Assembly: GCA_951406725.2 (NCBI GenBank)
Contig: OX597821.1
Span: 116,374,001-116,438,000 of the forward strand
Source of the DNA: Octopus vulgaris
Lineage: Eukaryota
Length of the DNA: 64,000 nucleotides
Direction of reading: 5' to 3'
This document shows, piece by piece, positions 13,386 to 26,460 of this stretch. The notes beneath the pieces were generated by a model. It was not told where the DNA came from. It saw only the letters and a program-made list of their open reading frames with translations, and ran no database searches. The position numbers and the translations under genes are program-made. The first letter of the stretch is position 1; each line of letters opens with the position of its first letter.

Positions 13386-14059
13386 CTAGTATCAACCCAT
13401 TAAATCAATCCAGCTCTGAAACTTTATGTATAATAGTACATTTTCAAAGAATAATTTTCATTTTTTTGGAGTGATGTAATAAAAATAATAAAGATATTTC
13501 TACCCAAATACTGGAGTGTATATGTATACATATACATTTTGTCTTTTAGAAATTAAAACTAATAACAGTTACACATCCATATACCTTAAATTGAATTATG
13601 AAAGCTGTTTTAAAATTGTCTTTAAGCAAATTTGAACAATGTCTCAAAATATCTTTCTGAAAACAAAGGAGGTATTGGTTTAAATATAATTTTGAACTGA
13701 GTCAGTGATAATACATACATTCACCAGTAACATCCATAAGCTTCATTGATGAACATAATTATCTGTGTAAATTAAGACATACTATATTCTTTCTTTTGGA
13801 ATCAGTATAATTAGAATTGGCTAACAAAAGCATAACATAGACCGTATCTTTCAGTGTTTATGCCAGATTGAGTACTTTCTACACTTACACACCTATTCCC
13901 TCCCTCACCTCATTCAGTATATCCATCTCTGACATTTCTGCTGTCATTGTTCCCTCTCATTATTCTGTCCTTGGTATACACAACTTAGGTTACTGAATAC
14001 CCTTAATTTTTTTTCTGTGTACAAGGTGCACCACCTAGTATGCTACAAAAGAACCTGCC

Positions 14060-14421
14060 ATGTTCCTCCCACAGATGATTGGTGGTCAAGGCTGCCTCTC
14101 TAGTGCTGGTGTCACAAAAAATGCACCCAGTATACACTGTAAAGTAACCAGCAAATGTGCAGATAAAGTGTAGCAAACTGCCTATAATCCTGTTTCATCA
14201 AGGTCTGTTTGGTCATTCTAGTGTTGGTGCCATGAGAAAGTGCACCTAGTACACTCTTTAAAGTGGTTGGCAACAGCAAGGGCATCCAGCTGCAGCAATC
14301 AGTCCCATTGCCATGAGAATCAGTCTTTTTGGTGTAGTGGCTCCCAATAAGAAATTACTCAAGCTGTGATTCTCCATCCAACTCATGCCAGAGGACATAT
14401 GATTACAATGATGATGATGAC
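14060..14421 (+). mobile_element. RTE-LINE-tail element, decayed
   Basis: GTGGTTGGCAACAGCAAGGGCATCCAGC..CATCCAACTCATGCCAG..GATGATGATGA. Confidence 0.7.
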
Positions 14422-16289
14422 AGTGCCATATTTTTACAATGTTTTACTTGTAGAAGTACCAGTTCTAAAACATAAAAAAAGATTATTGTGTTTTTTTAAT
14501 TTATTCATTTGTATTAACTGCCTCATTTTTCATTTTGTTATTTCAAATAAATATTTCTCTTAATTGCACGTATTGTAAAAGTCAAAGCCGTATAATTAAT
14601 TTTATAACTAAGAGCCCTGGAACAATTGTTTACTAGAAAATACTTGGAGATTTGTTCTTTAGTTCTTCGTTTTTCAGTGATCAAGAATTAGACTGGTTAC
14701 AGAAGGGAAGGGCAGTTTGAGTTTGTAGGTATCAAATTCGTTGGATGTCTAACTGTAGCAGTTTGGTGATTTATAACTTCAAACCTAATCCTACAACTTG
14801 TCCTTGAATATCAATGGAAAGTTTTTTCTATAATTGCCTTGGTACTACAGCTGTTACAAGAAGCTCCAGCTCTAAAACTGAAAACGTTACCTGAAATGAT
14901 GGCTTAAAGTAGTTAATGTTGAGAATAAATACTTCCTATTACTTGCTTCATTAGTTATCAGTATTCTCTTGAAAACCAGCTGGGAAGCTGTGTGTATCCT
15001 GTCAATAGTGTCACATCTTATCCAAAGTCAAGACACTAAACTTTCGATAATTGATTCTGCTTAGTTCTAATTTAGTACCGTAAATTATATAATTCAGCAC
15101 TGCAAGTAGCAGCATTGTGTAATTCTTTGGCTTGCAATACTGAAATCAATTTATCTGGCAGGTAAAGCTAGCTGTGATATATGAAGATGATTTATCTCAC
15201 ATCTACTTACTGTGATAAAAACTTGAAATAAGAACTGGCCCCATATATCTTTGTGTTATGAGAATGATTTAGCTTTGATTAATTTTATATTTTCATGTTT
15301 GTATATAAGATTAAGGTTTTGAAATATCTAAAAGAAAGAAAAATTCTTTTAAAGAAAAATGTTGTTTGAGAGTTTTAAAATTTATATTGTAAATTTTATT
15401 TCTTAAAAAAATCATTTAAAATTGGTTCTTGCAACTGGTGTATAATAAACATTGCAATTTTTTCTATATGGAGTAGAGATTAGGAACAAAGATATCAACA
15501 ACACTGAGATGTTAAATAAGGTTTTATTATTAAGACATATTTTGAAAAAGCAAGCAATTAATGATTAAAACTGTAAAATATATTTTTTTCTGAACAAGAC
15601 TTATTATTTCTTAAGACATTTTTACTTATTTTGATTTGAGGTTAAAACATCTGCAACACAGTAAAGACAGTAAATTCCTTAAAACTTCATTAGTTGTGGT
15701 ATGTAGAATTGAAATAAGCTAAACCGATACATATTAAAATAGTCAGAAAAGCATTTTAGTGTTTGTGTGGCCAACAAATGCATTAATGTAGTATAATTAA
15801 AATCTACATGATTAAAAATAGTATTAACTAAACTCAAAGACAATTTCAATAATATTTTGGGTGGCCACAGATTGTATTAAAACATTATCCTGAGAAAAAT
15901 ATTCTGTTGGTAAAAATACGGATCTCTAAATTGGGTTCATGGCCCTAAATATTCAGGGAAGAGATTTTGTCAACCACTTTACTTGTAGTTATTTTATAGT
16001 CATCCATAGAGATAACTGACTGAGTCAACCTTGTTGGAATTTTTATTTTAGAACATAAGGAGGACATTATTAAACTCTGCAAAACATTTAACCACACTCT
16101 ACTGTCGATGCTACTCATTTCTCAATAATCTTCTGCTTAAATTTTACTTATATGTTTTTTATTGTTTATGTCAAGTTTATGCTGTTTTATCTGTGATGAA
16201 ATATGGTTTATTTTCTATGTCTTCAGTGTGTTGATCTATATGGAGTACAATTAATTAGAAGCATCATCTAATTAGATATTGTCTTGTAT

Positions 16290-16490
16290 TTGTTTTGTGT
16301 GGCCCCAGGCCAGTTCTGATTGAGTAGAACTATGACCAAAGAAAATCAGAATAATCTTGTCTTTTATCGAGATAATGTTATTTAGGGTTATAGAATGTGT
16401 CATCCCTTTTTAAAATGCTAGAGAGTATGATTTGATGGAAACTTGACTGCTATTTGTAGCAAGTCATGTGTCCATATTGAGGTCGCTTCT
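16290..16490 (+). repeat. Old dispersed repeat (GCCCCAGGTCAG..CTGAT..CTATGA.CAAAG family)
   Basis: Related segments near 33620, 46015, 52610, 54640, 57140 and 57575, and in reverse near 45250-45380. Confidence 0.55.
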
Positions 16491-17816
16491 AAATGAATAT
16501 TCCTTTTGCTCTATTAATTAATGATCTGTAACTGTATAAGAAACCATCATATATTCTGCCAGTCAACCAAATATAAAATGTGCCACATTAGATAAAATAA
16601 AACAGAAATAAGAGAATTTTGGGTTCAAGTCTTGATTGCATACATGAGCAACTACTGCTAGAAGAAAGCACTGCAATAGTAGATTTTATTTTATATCTGA
16701 GCTTTGGACATATATCAACAGTTGATTATATTTGTTCACTGAGCAATTTTGTTATGGCATTATGTCCTTTAAAATCTCTCCCCCCTCTCTCTCTCTCTCT
16801 CTCTCGCTCTCTCTCTCTTTCTCACTCTTTCATGCCTGTTTTTATTTATTTATTTATCTTACCTGATAAATTTTATTTATCTTACCTGATAAATTTTAAA
16901 ATTTTATATAATTTTTCTGTAGGCCCTTCTCTGCTTCCTCACCCCAGCAGTCCACTTTTATCATTCCTATTCATATTTTCTTTTCTATCCCACCACTACT
17001 TTTACTTCATCAGTCAATCCTTCACTTCTATTTATTTTCATTTACCCTTCTTACTCATGTGTGACTTTATTCCTCCTTTTGCTAAAATGATTTGGAAGAA
17101 CTGGTGAATGTCTAGTGTAATTTGAATTTATGGCATTAAACTTGTGGATTGTTTAATATGAAAAGAAAATATCACCCAACATGGAATAATAAAACAATAA
17201 ATATAACAACTTTTTGAAAGTAATCAGATATTTGTTACATTGTGGGCAAATACAACATAAAGATATATTCAGTATAGTCGTGTTATAGTTATCAAAATAA
17301 TCTAGTAATTATTTCTATAATTTTGATTTTGCTTTCAAGTTTGGAATTTCTGAATCTTCTGCTGTAAAAACTAGATTCTCAGTACATAGGGGCTCCCATA
17401 AGCAGCTGATCTGAATCTCCACTTCTATGGCCTTGGGGACAAATAATAAGCAGTAAGTGACTGAGGACTGAACTCTGATGGATCTCTACCTGCATGATAA
17501 ATTTGTTGCTGAACTCATTACTGACTCATACTGCTCATGGTACCTCTGTACTTGGCTTGTGTCACCCTCACAAGCCATTTATCTATTCTAGTTTCATTAG
17601 TGACCACCAAGTTACTGTGTGGAACCCTGTCAAAGGCTTTCCCTAAGATTGGATTTTGGAATATACTCCTAATGTGCAGTTAGTTGTCTAAGAAGATGGC
17701 GTCAGTTATTCCTCTTCCTAGTACAAAACCGAATTGCATATCACTTAAGTTAATTTTGTTCTTAATCAATTGTGCTATAACTCTTTCAGTTAGTTCTGAT
17801 ATACACACACACACAC

Positions 17817-17849
<33 letters not shown>

Positions 17850-17859
17850 ATAGGGAAGG

Positions 17860-18105
17860 GGGTTACTGTCTCCTTACTTTGACATTGTGTAATAATTGTA
17901 AGGTCGCTGTCATGCAAACTGTGTCCTTTGTTCCCAGTCTTTTGAAAACCTGTCTGGTTATGGGGAGACATTACCTTACAAACAGGTGAGAATTGGCAAC
18001 AGGAAGGGTGTCTAGGCAGAGAATATCTGCCTCAACAAAATTTCCATCCAACCCATACAAGCACAGAAAACTAGATGTTAAAATTATGATGATGATGATG
18101 ATGAT
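17860..18105 (+). mobile_element. 3' half of a SINE with RTE-type tail
   Basis: Homologous to 51760-51972; ends in (GAT)n; preceded by a (GT)n tract. Confidence 0.75.
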
Positions 18106-18302
18106 ATATGTATAAGTCGATTGTTTATATAGTTTATAAATGTTTTAAATGACCATGTAGTTTTATCCCAAGTTGCAGTACATTGACAAGCCCCAAATTT
18201 AGGGCAAAATAAATTTATCTGTACCTACTTGCAGCTACTAGGACAGCCGAAACATAAAAATCAGAATGAATTATATCTACTCGCCTAATAAAATAAGTAT
18301 AT

Positions 18303-18492
18303 TTAATAAACATAGCATTTGTATGTGAGCTACTATAGGTTTCATGCTTGGACAGTATAGTTGCTGAATGGTCTTGTGTAGTGTGCCATGTACTGACTAT
18401 CCTGCCATCATTCAGGCTTAAGCTTGTTCAATTACTGTAATCCCTGAGCATGAAACTAATAGTAGCTTACATATAAATTTGGTGTTTACTAA
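18303..18492 (+). other. Long imperfect RNA hairpin with G-U pairs
   Basis: 18317-18349 vs 18446-18478: 28 Watson-Crick, 4 G-U, 1 mismatch; further outer and inner helices. Confidence 0.85.
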
Positions 18493-19069
18493 ATGACACC
18501 TATCTTCCACTTGTTGATCCTACCAACAATGAAACAGTATGCTATATATTTATATGTATGAGTATAAATTTATGCAGAAGCTTATTCAGGTAGGAGAACT
18601 AATTTGAGGTTAATTGGATTTCTTAATGGAATTTGTTTGATATCTATCTAAACCGGATGAATGGAGAAGCACTTGTAAACAAAGTGGGCCATTGTAGGAT
18701 CAGCTTATCTGTGTTATTTTGGGATAGGTGTGGGAAATCAGGTTGACCTAGGTTTCTGTATTTTTGACACAGAGGGTCATTGGTACTAAATGATAAGGAT
18801 AATTGAAAGAATTACAAACTGATTAATTACATTAAAGATACTATTTAATCATGATACTAATAGTAGCAAAAAACATCAACAAACCAATAAAGAGCATTAT
18901 AGTAATACTATACCGGTAATAATCATAATAGTCATTTGTTATATGTTTTCGTTCATCATATCACAGTCCTTATACTAAAACTGTAACAATAAAAAATAAT
19001 GTTGTTACTATAAACAATATTCTGTCGTTAACATCATAAGAATTTATAAACTTTCAAGAGAACATAATG

Positions 19070-19418
19070 CCCACATAAAAAGCACCTGTGCTAGTGCCAT
19101 GTAAAGAGCACCCATACTGATGTGTTGTGTACAGCATCCATGCTGGTGTCATGTATTGAACACCTGTGTTGATGCTTCATATAAAACATCCATGCTGGTG
19201 CCACATTTTAAGAAAGCACTGGTGCTACATAAAAAGCGACCAGTACACTCTGTAAAGTAGTTGACATTTGGAAGAACATCAAGCCATAGAAACCATACCA
19301 ATACAGACAACTGGAACTTGGTCAACTCTCCGGCTTACTAGCTCCTGTCAAATCACCCATCTCATGCCAACATGGAAAAATGAATGTTAAATGATGATGA
19401 CGACGATGATGATGATGA
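19070..19418 (+). mobile_element. RTE-LINE-tail element with internal ~25-bp subrepeats
   Basis: Repeated AAAGCACC..TGCTGGTGCCAC units, family core and (GAT)n tail. Confidence 0.8.
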
Positions 19419-20841
19419 GATTCATTTCCATACTAGAGCTATTCTGATATTATGATTTTAATCACATCATTATTAGTGGAACAATACTGAGTTACCACCT
19501 TTCAGTGATACAATTAATAGCTCCAAAAAATTGAGTAGATCCCATCGCTATTTATTATAGTATTGTAAATTTTGATTAGGGCTTGTGGTTGACTTATTAG
19601 AAGTAGTAATATTGTCATAGGTACTAGCATGATCAGAAGAGTACTTTGAAGATGTAAGGTGTAGGTCATATGAGGACTTTTAGGGAAAAAAGGTGAAAAT
19701 ATAAACAGTGGAATATGAGATTGTGGTTACGGAGAAGAAAATATAGAAGATTATGAATGAAGAACTGAGACGGTTGAAGAACTAGGTTATTGGGGAAATT
19801 ATTAAAAGATGTATTTAAAGGCAGGTTTGACACCATATTAAGAATTTGCTTGTGTTGGTAAATAAGATCAAATAAACCATTATTTTATGTTATATAGTTT
19901 TTGCTAGTTTAAAGACTGTGACTGTCTGTATGGAATAGTGTATTTGGAACCTGTCCATAAGTCCCTTTATATAGATGTGCAAAAGTCTGCCTAAGTTCAT
20001 ATGATGAAGTAAGGTCAAAAGGATATATGTGTAATGAGAGGAAATATAAAAGAGAAGAAAGTAGTGATTGAAACAAAGAAATGAAAGTTATATATTATTT
20101 GTGCGTATACATACAGTTGTAGATTGTCCTTTTCAGAAGTTCATTTGTATAAATGTTAAATAATCCTTTTAGGACTGCAAGAAAGGTTAAGAACAAGAGG
20201 AAGAATACAGAAGGAAGTGGAGGAGGAGGAGGAGGAAAGGAGTATAAGTGAGCGATAGAAAGAAGGTATAAAGAAGAAGCAAAAAGGAAAAGGAAGAATA
20301 GTTATTAGTGTTCTAGTATGTGATCTAGCCATTGCTTCAATGAGACAGGTGGAGGGAATTGCATCAAATTACCCATGTGCTATAAAGATATTTTGACCTC
20401 TGGGGCCCTGGATAGTTGTAATAGGTTTTACATTTCCTGTGTCTGCATGTAGTCACCTTTTCAGATTTCTGGTTGAAGAGTGATGTTTTAGCCAGGGAAA
20501 TCAGGAGTGCCTCTTCCATGTGCAAGTTACAAGGTCTCCTATTCCTGGCATATATTGCTACTCTTGCCAGGATCTTCCCTTGAAGGTATTGTATTGTACA
20601 TTATTTTATCTAAGTTACTATATGTGTCTGGAGAGCATAGTTATATTTCTTCTTACTGAATTTATACAATATTGTATTGACAGCATTTAAAGTAAGCTGG
20701 TATGGCTGGAGTTAGTGCAGCTACCCATGTTGCTATTTCTCTTGTTAATTATGTTACTATTGCCACTACTTTCATTATAAGTCATGTTAGCTTTGATATT
20801 GCTGTTAGTACTATTACTATTACAACCTATTATTACTGTTT

Positions 20842-21219
20842 GGAGGTGCAATGGTCCAGTGGTTAGGGCAGTGGACTTGCAGTCATAGGATTGCGGTTCC
20901 GATTCCCAGACCAGGCGTTGTGAGTGTTTATTGAGTGAAAACACCTAAAGCTCCGTGAGGCTCCAGTAGGGGGTAGTGGCAAACCCTGCTGTGCTCTTTC
21001 ACCACAACTTTCTCTCACTCTTTCTTCCTGTTTCGGTTGTACCTGTATTTTGAAGGGCCAGCCTTGTCACACTCTGTGTCATGCTGAATCTCCCTGAGAA
21101 CTAGTTAAGGGTACATGTGTCTGTGGAGCACTCAGCTATCTGCACATTAACTTCACGAGCAGGCTGTTCTGCTGATCGGATCAACTGGAACCCTCATCAT
21201 CGTAACTGACAGAGTGCCA
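20842..21219 (+). mobile_element. Full-length tRNA-derived SINE
   Basis: A-box-like TGGTCCAGTGG (20852-20862), B-box-like GGTTCCGATTCCC (~20895-20907); 3' part homologous to the reverse-strand copy at 47640-47800. Confidence 0.85.
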
Positions 21220-23599
21220 TGATTATTACTATTATTTATGTTAGTGCTACTATAATTAGTATTTGTATTCACTTTAGTTAAGTTGGAGAAAGTGATGGTT
21301 TATGCTGTTAGATGAGGTGGTTGAATGAGAAACTTTTGCAGTATAGTGATTGAAAATCTTATAGTAGCCATGCAGTGTATGCAATGTATGTGTTTGTGCA
21401 ATATTTATGTGCACATATCTGTGTGAATATTGACATTTCATATCTTCCCTTGTTACTGAGTGAAATGGTAACATGTTGACATTGTGACCTGTTACACAGC
21501 ACTTTAAAAGAACATTGGAACAAGAATATTCCCTTACTTGAAAATCACTTAAGGCTTGGCAACAGAAAGAGCATCCAACTGTAAAAATCTAGCCCCAATA
21601 AGCCCCTGTCCAATGTATGCTTGCATAGAAAAACATATTAAACAAATCTTTCTGTGCTGACATCACTTTTTTCAACACAAGTGCCTATTATTTTATGTGA
21701 AACAAACAGGGACCCCAAACTGCAGTTTTTTTTTTTTTTTTAGCTGTCCATACACATCAGTGAATTGGAAAACAATAGAGTAACTGTAGGTGGTGTGGTT
21801 ATTATAGATCATCAGTTATGATATATCATGAAGCTTGTGTGTAGTTTCTCTTTGAAAATTCTTTAATAACATTTTGAGTATGTTTCAAGTTGTAAATATT
21901 TGTAATATTTGTATACACTGTGTAGTTAAACTTGCAGCAGAGTGGCAGTTGATGTGGAGCCTCTGAGGTAGAAGCGGGAGGGTTTGAGCTGTTTGCGAAT
22001 GCCTGTACTTTATCTAAAACTGCTCATGGTGAACACTCTCATTATCTCTCCCTTTTTAAATGTGCTTTCCAGTGATGTTTTACTGTAGTGGTTTCCAGTG
22101 GTGATGGAATGAGCTCTTGTACAGCATTTTTGCATAAATATTGTAATCAGATGTAAAGTGAAGGAACCCTGCAAACAGTTGCCAAAACATAGAGCTTTGA
22201 CTCATAAAGTGCAAATACCTGCAGGAAAAACATTGTGTGCCAGGGAAATTCTAATCTCTTCCTTGACTTCATGTTTTGCTTTTACCTGCACATGTGGTCT
22301 TCTGCTTCCCTCCATGATGTTCAAAGGATTTTAGTTGTTACTGTATGCAATTGAACATTTGTACATCTGTCCAGTTGTTGACACTTGTGTCACAAATATT
22401 GCTTGTGAATGTGCTAGATCCCATGACACACCTTGTGCTCTTCGTTAATGCCTTTGGACTTCCCTCTTTAAGTGGGCATAGCTTCTAAACAAGAAACTGG
22501 GTGCCATTTGTGAACTGAAGAGAATTACATTCATCAGCCATAAATTGATGATCAAATAACACTGTCATCAAGATGATAATGATCCTGATGATAGTACTCA
22601 TCATCATTATCTCCTTCATTATCATCAAATGATAATGCAGTCCCAATTTAGAACAACTTTAAAATATCATATTTAAGAAGTAAATTATAAATATTTTAAT
22701 TTTTCAGAAAACTGAGAACTTGAAACAAGTTTTTAAATTGGTTTGTAAAAGGAAATTAAACAAAAGACCTTAGATTCTCTGATTTCTCATATGATTTAAA
22801 TATAAGCAATCATAACATTTATATATCTATATATAAATTCAGTTATTGATAACATAAATTTGGATGTTAAAAACAGTTGTTTCTAAGATAGCTTCTTACC
22901 ACTATTTTCTGGTGTTTACTTAATCGTTGAAAATTTTTTTCCTGATTTACAAAATTCTTGTTTTATATTTATTTATATGAAGATATTTTAAATGAATTAC
23001 TGACAATAAAAGTTACTGTCAGATTCGGGAATATTATATCTTCTGTTTGTTATTAAATGATTTATAAAAGACTTAAAGCATAACTTCATTAGTATTTTAA
23101 TTAAATGCAGCGAAATTATATTTGAATTTATATTTGAAAACAGGATACTGTGAGATTAAAGTATCTTCTATTACTTTTTGATGTAAAGAATTTAGTTGAC
23201 ATGACTTTCCTACTCAATGGGTAGTGTGTAATAAGCTAATCAGATTCTTTTAATTCTTTTATTCTTTTAAGTGTATCTGCTTTAAAGCTGCAGTCATGCT
23301 GGGTTAACGATTAAAAAAAGTCTTAAGTTATCTTATGGCAATATGTTTGGGTTCCACAGACGTTACAGAATGTAAAATATAAAAAACAAAGAGATTTTCC
23401 TATTCTTGATCTTTTGCTAAGAACATTTAACGCATCCTGCTTCATATATTCTTGTATCCTACTAAAGCTTTGTTTATATTTTACAAATAATAATCAAGTT
23501 TAAATTTATAAATAAATTTGTAATTAAACTTTAATCTTGTTTAAAATTCTATGTCAGAAAATAAAGCTTAATTAGTATCTGATATTTCATAATTAGCCA

Positions 23600-23812
23600 T
23601 CTGGATAAACCATGCTAGAGACCATGCCAGAGCAGACATAGGAATTATTTAGCGCAGTCTTCTAGCTCACTAATTCCTGTTGGACTGTCAAACTAATGCT
23701 GGCATAGAAAGCATGTTAAATGATGATGATGATGTCGACGACGATGACAACAATGATGATGATAACAATGAAAATGAGGACGACGACAACAACAACAATG
23801 ATGATGATGATA
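23600..23812 (+). mobile_element. RTE-LINE-tail remnant with expanded (GAT/GAC/AAC)n tail
   Basis: CCATGCCAGAGCAGAC..GCTGGCATAGAAAG..GTTAAATGATGATG. Confidence 0.65.
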
Positions 23813-24670
23813 GTAACTCTTAAGACTGATGATTTGACTTACAGATGCTGTAATATTCACAACAATTATTTATTACCATAAATTGAAATAGTTACTGTTA
23901 TTTTTACAACAGAAAATAATCCAAATTTTTTATGGTCAAGAGAGACACTTTTCTGTTTGAGAAAATCATAGTAAATGCTGTACATCTTGAAAGCACCATA
24001 TTGCCTGTTGTTTTTATTTTACTTCAATAAATGATTAGAAGCTAGTAGATGCCACACTTAAGCCAGAAGCCTGAGATGTTTCATTGACTTAATAAAACCA
24101 TTTTTATTGTACTACTTGCTCTTTACTTTTCTCATTAGACTTTGCAGGAGGCAGATTAGTAGAATCCAATTCAGTTACAAATTTAAACATCTCATTTCAA
24201 CAAATTATTGTTCAGAGTGATGCTTATGCTACCCTGTCATCACTGATATTTAGACATAGCTCTTATCTCTAGGCTTTGTCTATTAAACACAGCTCTATTG
24301 ATGGCTGATGAAATAATGGGTGGGTAGCTCTTTTCCAAAAACAGGCATATTAGATAAATTATCTATATTTCAATCTTCATTAACGATATTAATCCTTTAG
24401 GCCATTGTTTACCTAGCCTTGACTACTAATTTAAATCAGCTTGTAGTTAAAGCATACTAATTATGGATGTTGGTGCAACAAACATTAATTCTGCTATCAT
24501 TTGTATCATCATCCCCATACTCTCAACACACCAACTATTATTACTATCATCAACACATCCATAATTTTGCAGCTAGTTGTTTAATGCTGGTTTATGTTAG
24601 ACGCAGTTGGAAAATTACTTTTCTGCGCATTTCTTAAACTTGAGTCTTTTCCTTTGAGTCCAAATCATTT

Positions 24671-24674
<4 letters not shown>

Positions 24675-24705
<31 letters not shown>

Positions 24706-25135
24706 CGTTTAACGTCCACTCTCCATGCTAGCATGGGTTGGACGATTTTGACTCAGGACTGGCGAACCAGATGGCTGTGCCAGGCTCCAATCTGATCTGG
24801 CAGAATTTCTACTGCTGGATGCCCTTCCTAACACCAACCACTCCAAGAGTGTAGTGGGTGCTTTTAACGTGCCACTGGCACGAGGGCCAGTCTGGCAGTA
24901 CTGGCAACAGCTACACTCGAAAATGGTGTTTTTTACATGCCACCTGCACAGGAGTCAGTCCAGTGGCACTGGCAACAACCTCGCTCAAATGTTTTGTTCA
25001 TGTGCCAGTGAGGCGACGCTGACAATGATCATGCTCAAATGGTGCTCTTTACATGCCAGACAGCTGCTCTGGCAGTGATCCCACTTGGATGGAGCTGATA
25101 GCACTCCACTGGCATGGGTGCCAGTCACCGAATTT
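24675..25135 (-). mobile_element. RTE-LINE-tail element, well preserved, reverse orientation
   Basis: (CAT)n, GTTTAACGTCCAC..CCATGCTAGCATGGGTTGGACG..GCTGGATGCCCTTCCTAA..GTGTAGTGGGTGCTTTT; retains CpGs. Confidence 0.9.
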
Positions 25136-25384
25136 GGTAAAATATTTTTTCTAAACACTCTATCATTTATCTATCTTCACTATATTCCACAACCAGTTTA
25201 CAATATTTCATCTAAGTTTTATATACATATTTTTTATTCTTACATTATGCTCAACCTCTGTTTTATCAAATTAGATGGTCTCAACAACATTGTTGAGAAA
25301 TTTATTTATACTCAATATTCATCGTTGGAAGGCTTCAAGATCTTAGCATTTAATAACTGTTTTTTTTTTTTTTAGATGAACAAA

Positions 25385-26460
25385 CTTGAAATATTATCAT
25401 TTAGTTTCCACTAATTGTATTTTCTGTTGCTGTCAGTTTCCCCAAGAATATAACATTGTCCTGGGAGAAATCCAAGCTCTTTGCCTGCCTTAATGTATCT
25501 TTCACAATTTACTATGATGTGTACTAGCTTCATTATTTCATCTATTAGCTTTCATCCTTTATAAATTTCCCTCTTTCTGTATCACTCTTTATAGCAGCTG
25601 AATTTTCTAATTAATTAGGTTAGTAATCAGATCATTTTCTTGCTATCTCTATGTTTATTTGTGCCCCAATACCCCCGGTATTCATCTTCTTGATTATTTG
25701 CCATCAATTCCTACACTTGTATAACCGGTTCTATCAGTCAAACCTACTTGAATTCTTTTTCATTCCATCCCTTCTCCTTATAATTTCTCATTGCATTCAA
25801 TAATACCATTAACAAAAGAACCATACATCAGTTTCCTAGTATATCATTAGACAACTATAACATTACAAAATTACTTTTTCTCACATAAATGTTAGCAAAT
25901 GGTGTCTAATCAAAGAAACCCATATAGTTATCCTTTTTATTAAAAAAAAATGTTTTTGATAATGTGTAGCATGCAACCACCTTTTAAATTCTCTTTTTAT
26001 GATTTCAGATCTATGGTATGTCACCTTAATCTTTAGATTCCTTATTTGTCATAACTGTATAACATACAGTTTGCCTTATCCATCTACTCTGTTGTCTCAT
26101 TAAAGATCCATTATTATCTCAACTCACTTCTTTTCATCCATGATTTTCCAACAATAGACCCTAAATCCATAATTAAATCTAATTTTCTGCAATTTGTTAT
26201 ATTTGCAGTATTTATGATATATACACTTGTACTATCAATGAAGAATTTTTTAAAGAATAATATTCCTGCTCTGTGTATCTCTATGTGTCCATGTGTACTC
26301 CTGACAAATTTGATACTTATATCATATTCATGTGGTCGCTCCTTTGAGCACTGTCTTTCTAAACTGAATTCAAAAGAAAAGTATTCTTCTAATACCGTAA
26401 TCCTACCTAAATTTGATTGAATTTCACTATTTGACCAACACTCAAGCTGTGGCAATTAGT
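25385..26460 (-). mobile_element. Possible highly decayed Penelope-like element (RT and GIY-YIG remnants)
   Basis: Minus-strand fragments in PLE order: MDKANCM (DKG-like motif), PFANIYV (RT motif-like), ILGETDSNRK/LVETK (GIY-YIG C-terminus-like). Many stops. Confidence 0.35.

Noticed and set aside
16850-16896. 23-bp tandem duplication containing CTTACCTG (minus-strand donor-like)
   Set aside because: Simple slippage duplication in AT-rich sequence; no associated exon.
20842-20915. tRNA gene
   Set aside because: A/B boxes are present but continue into a SINE body shared with other copies; it is a tRNA-derived SINE head.
21965-21986. TGAGGTAG let-7-like start (also miR-9-like at 28629 and bantam-like at 34917)
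   Set aside because: Seed-length matches only; the remainder differs from the conserved mature sequences.
26009-26021. Apparent 7-nt microexon (TTTCAG|ATCTATG|GTATGT)
   Set aside because: Frame-shifting length, and it lies within a probable decayed retroelement on the opposite strand.
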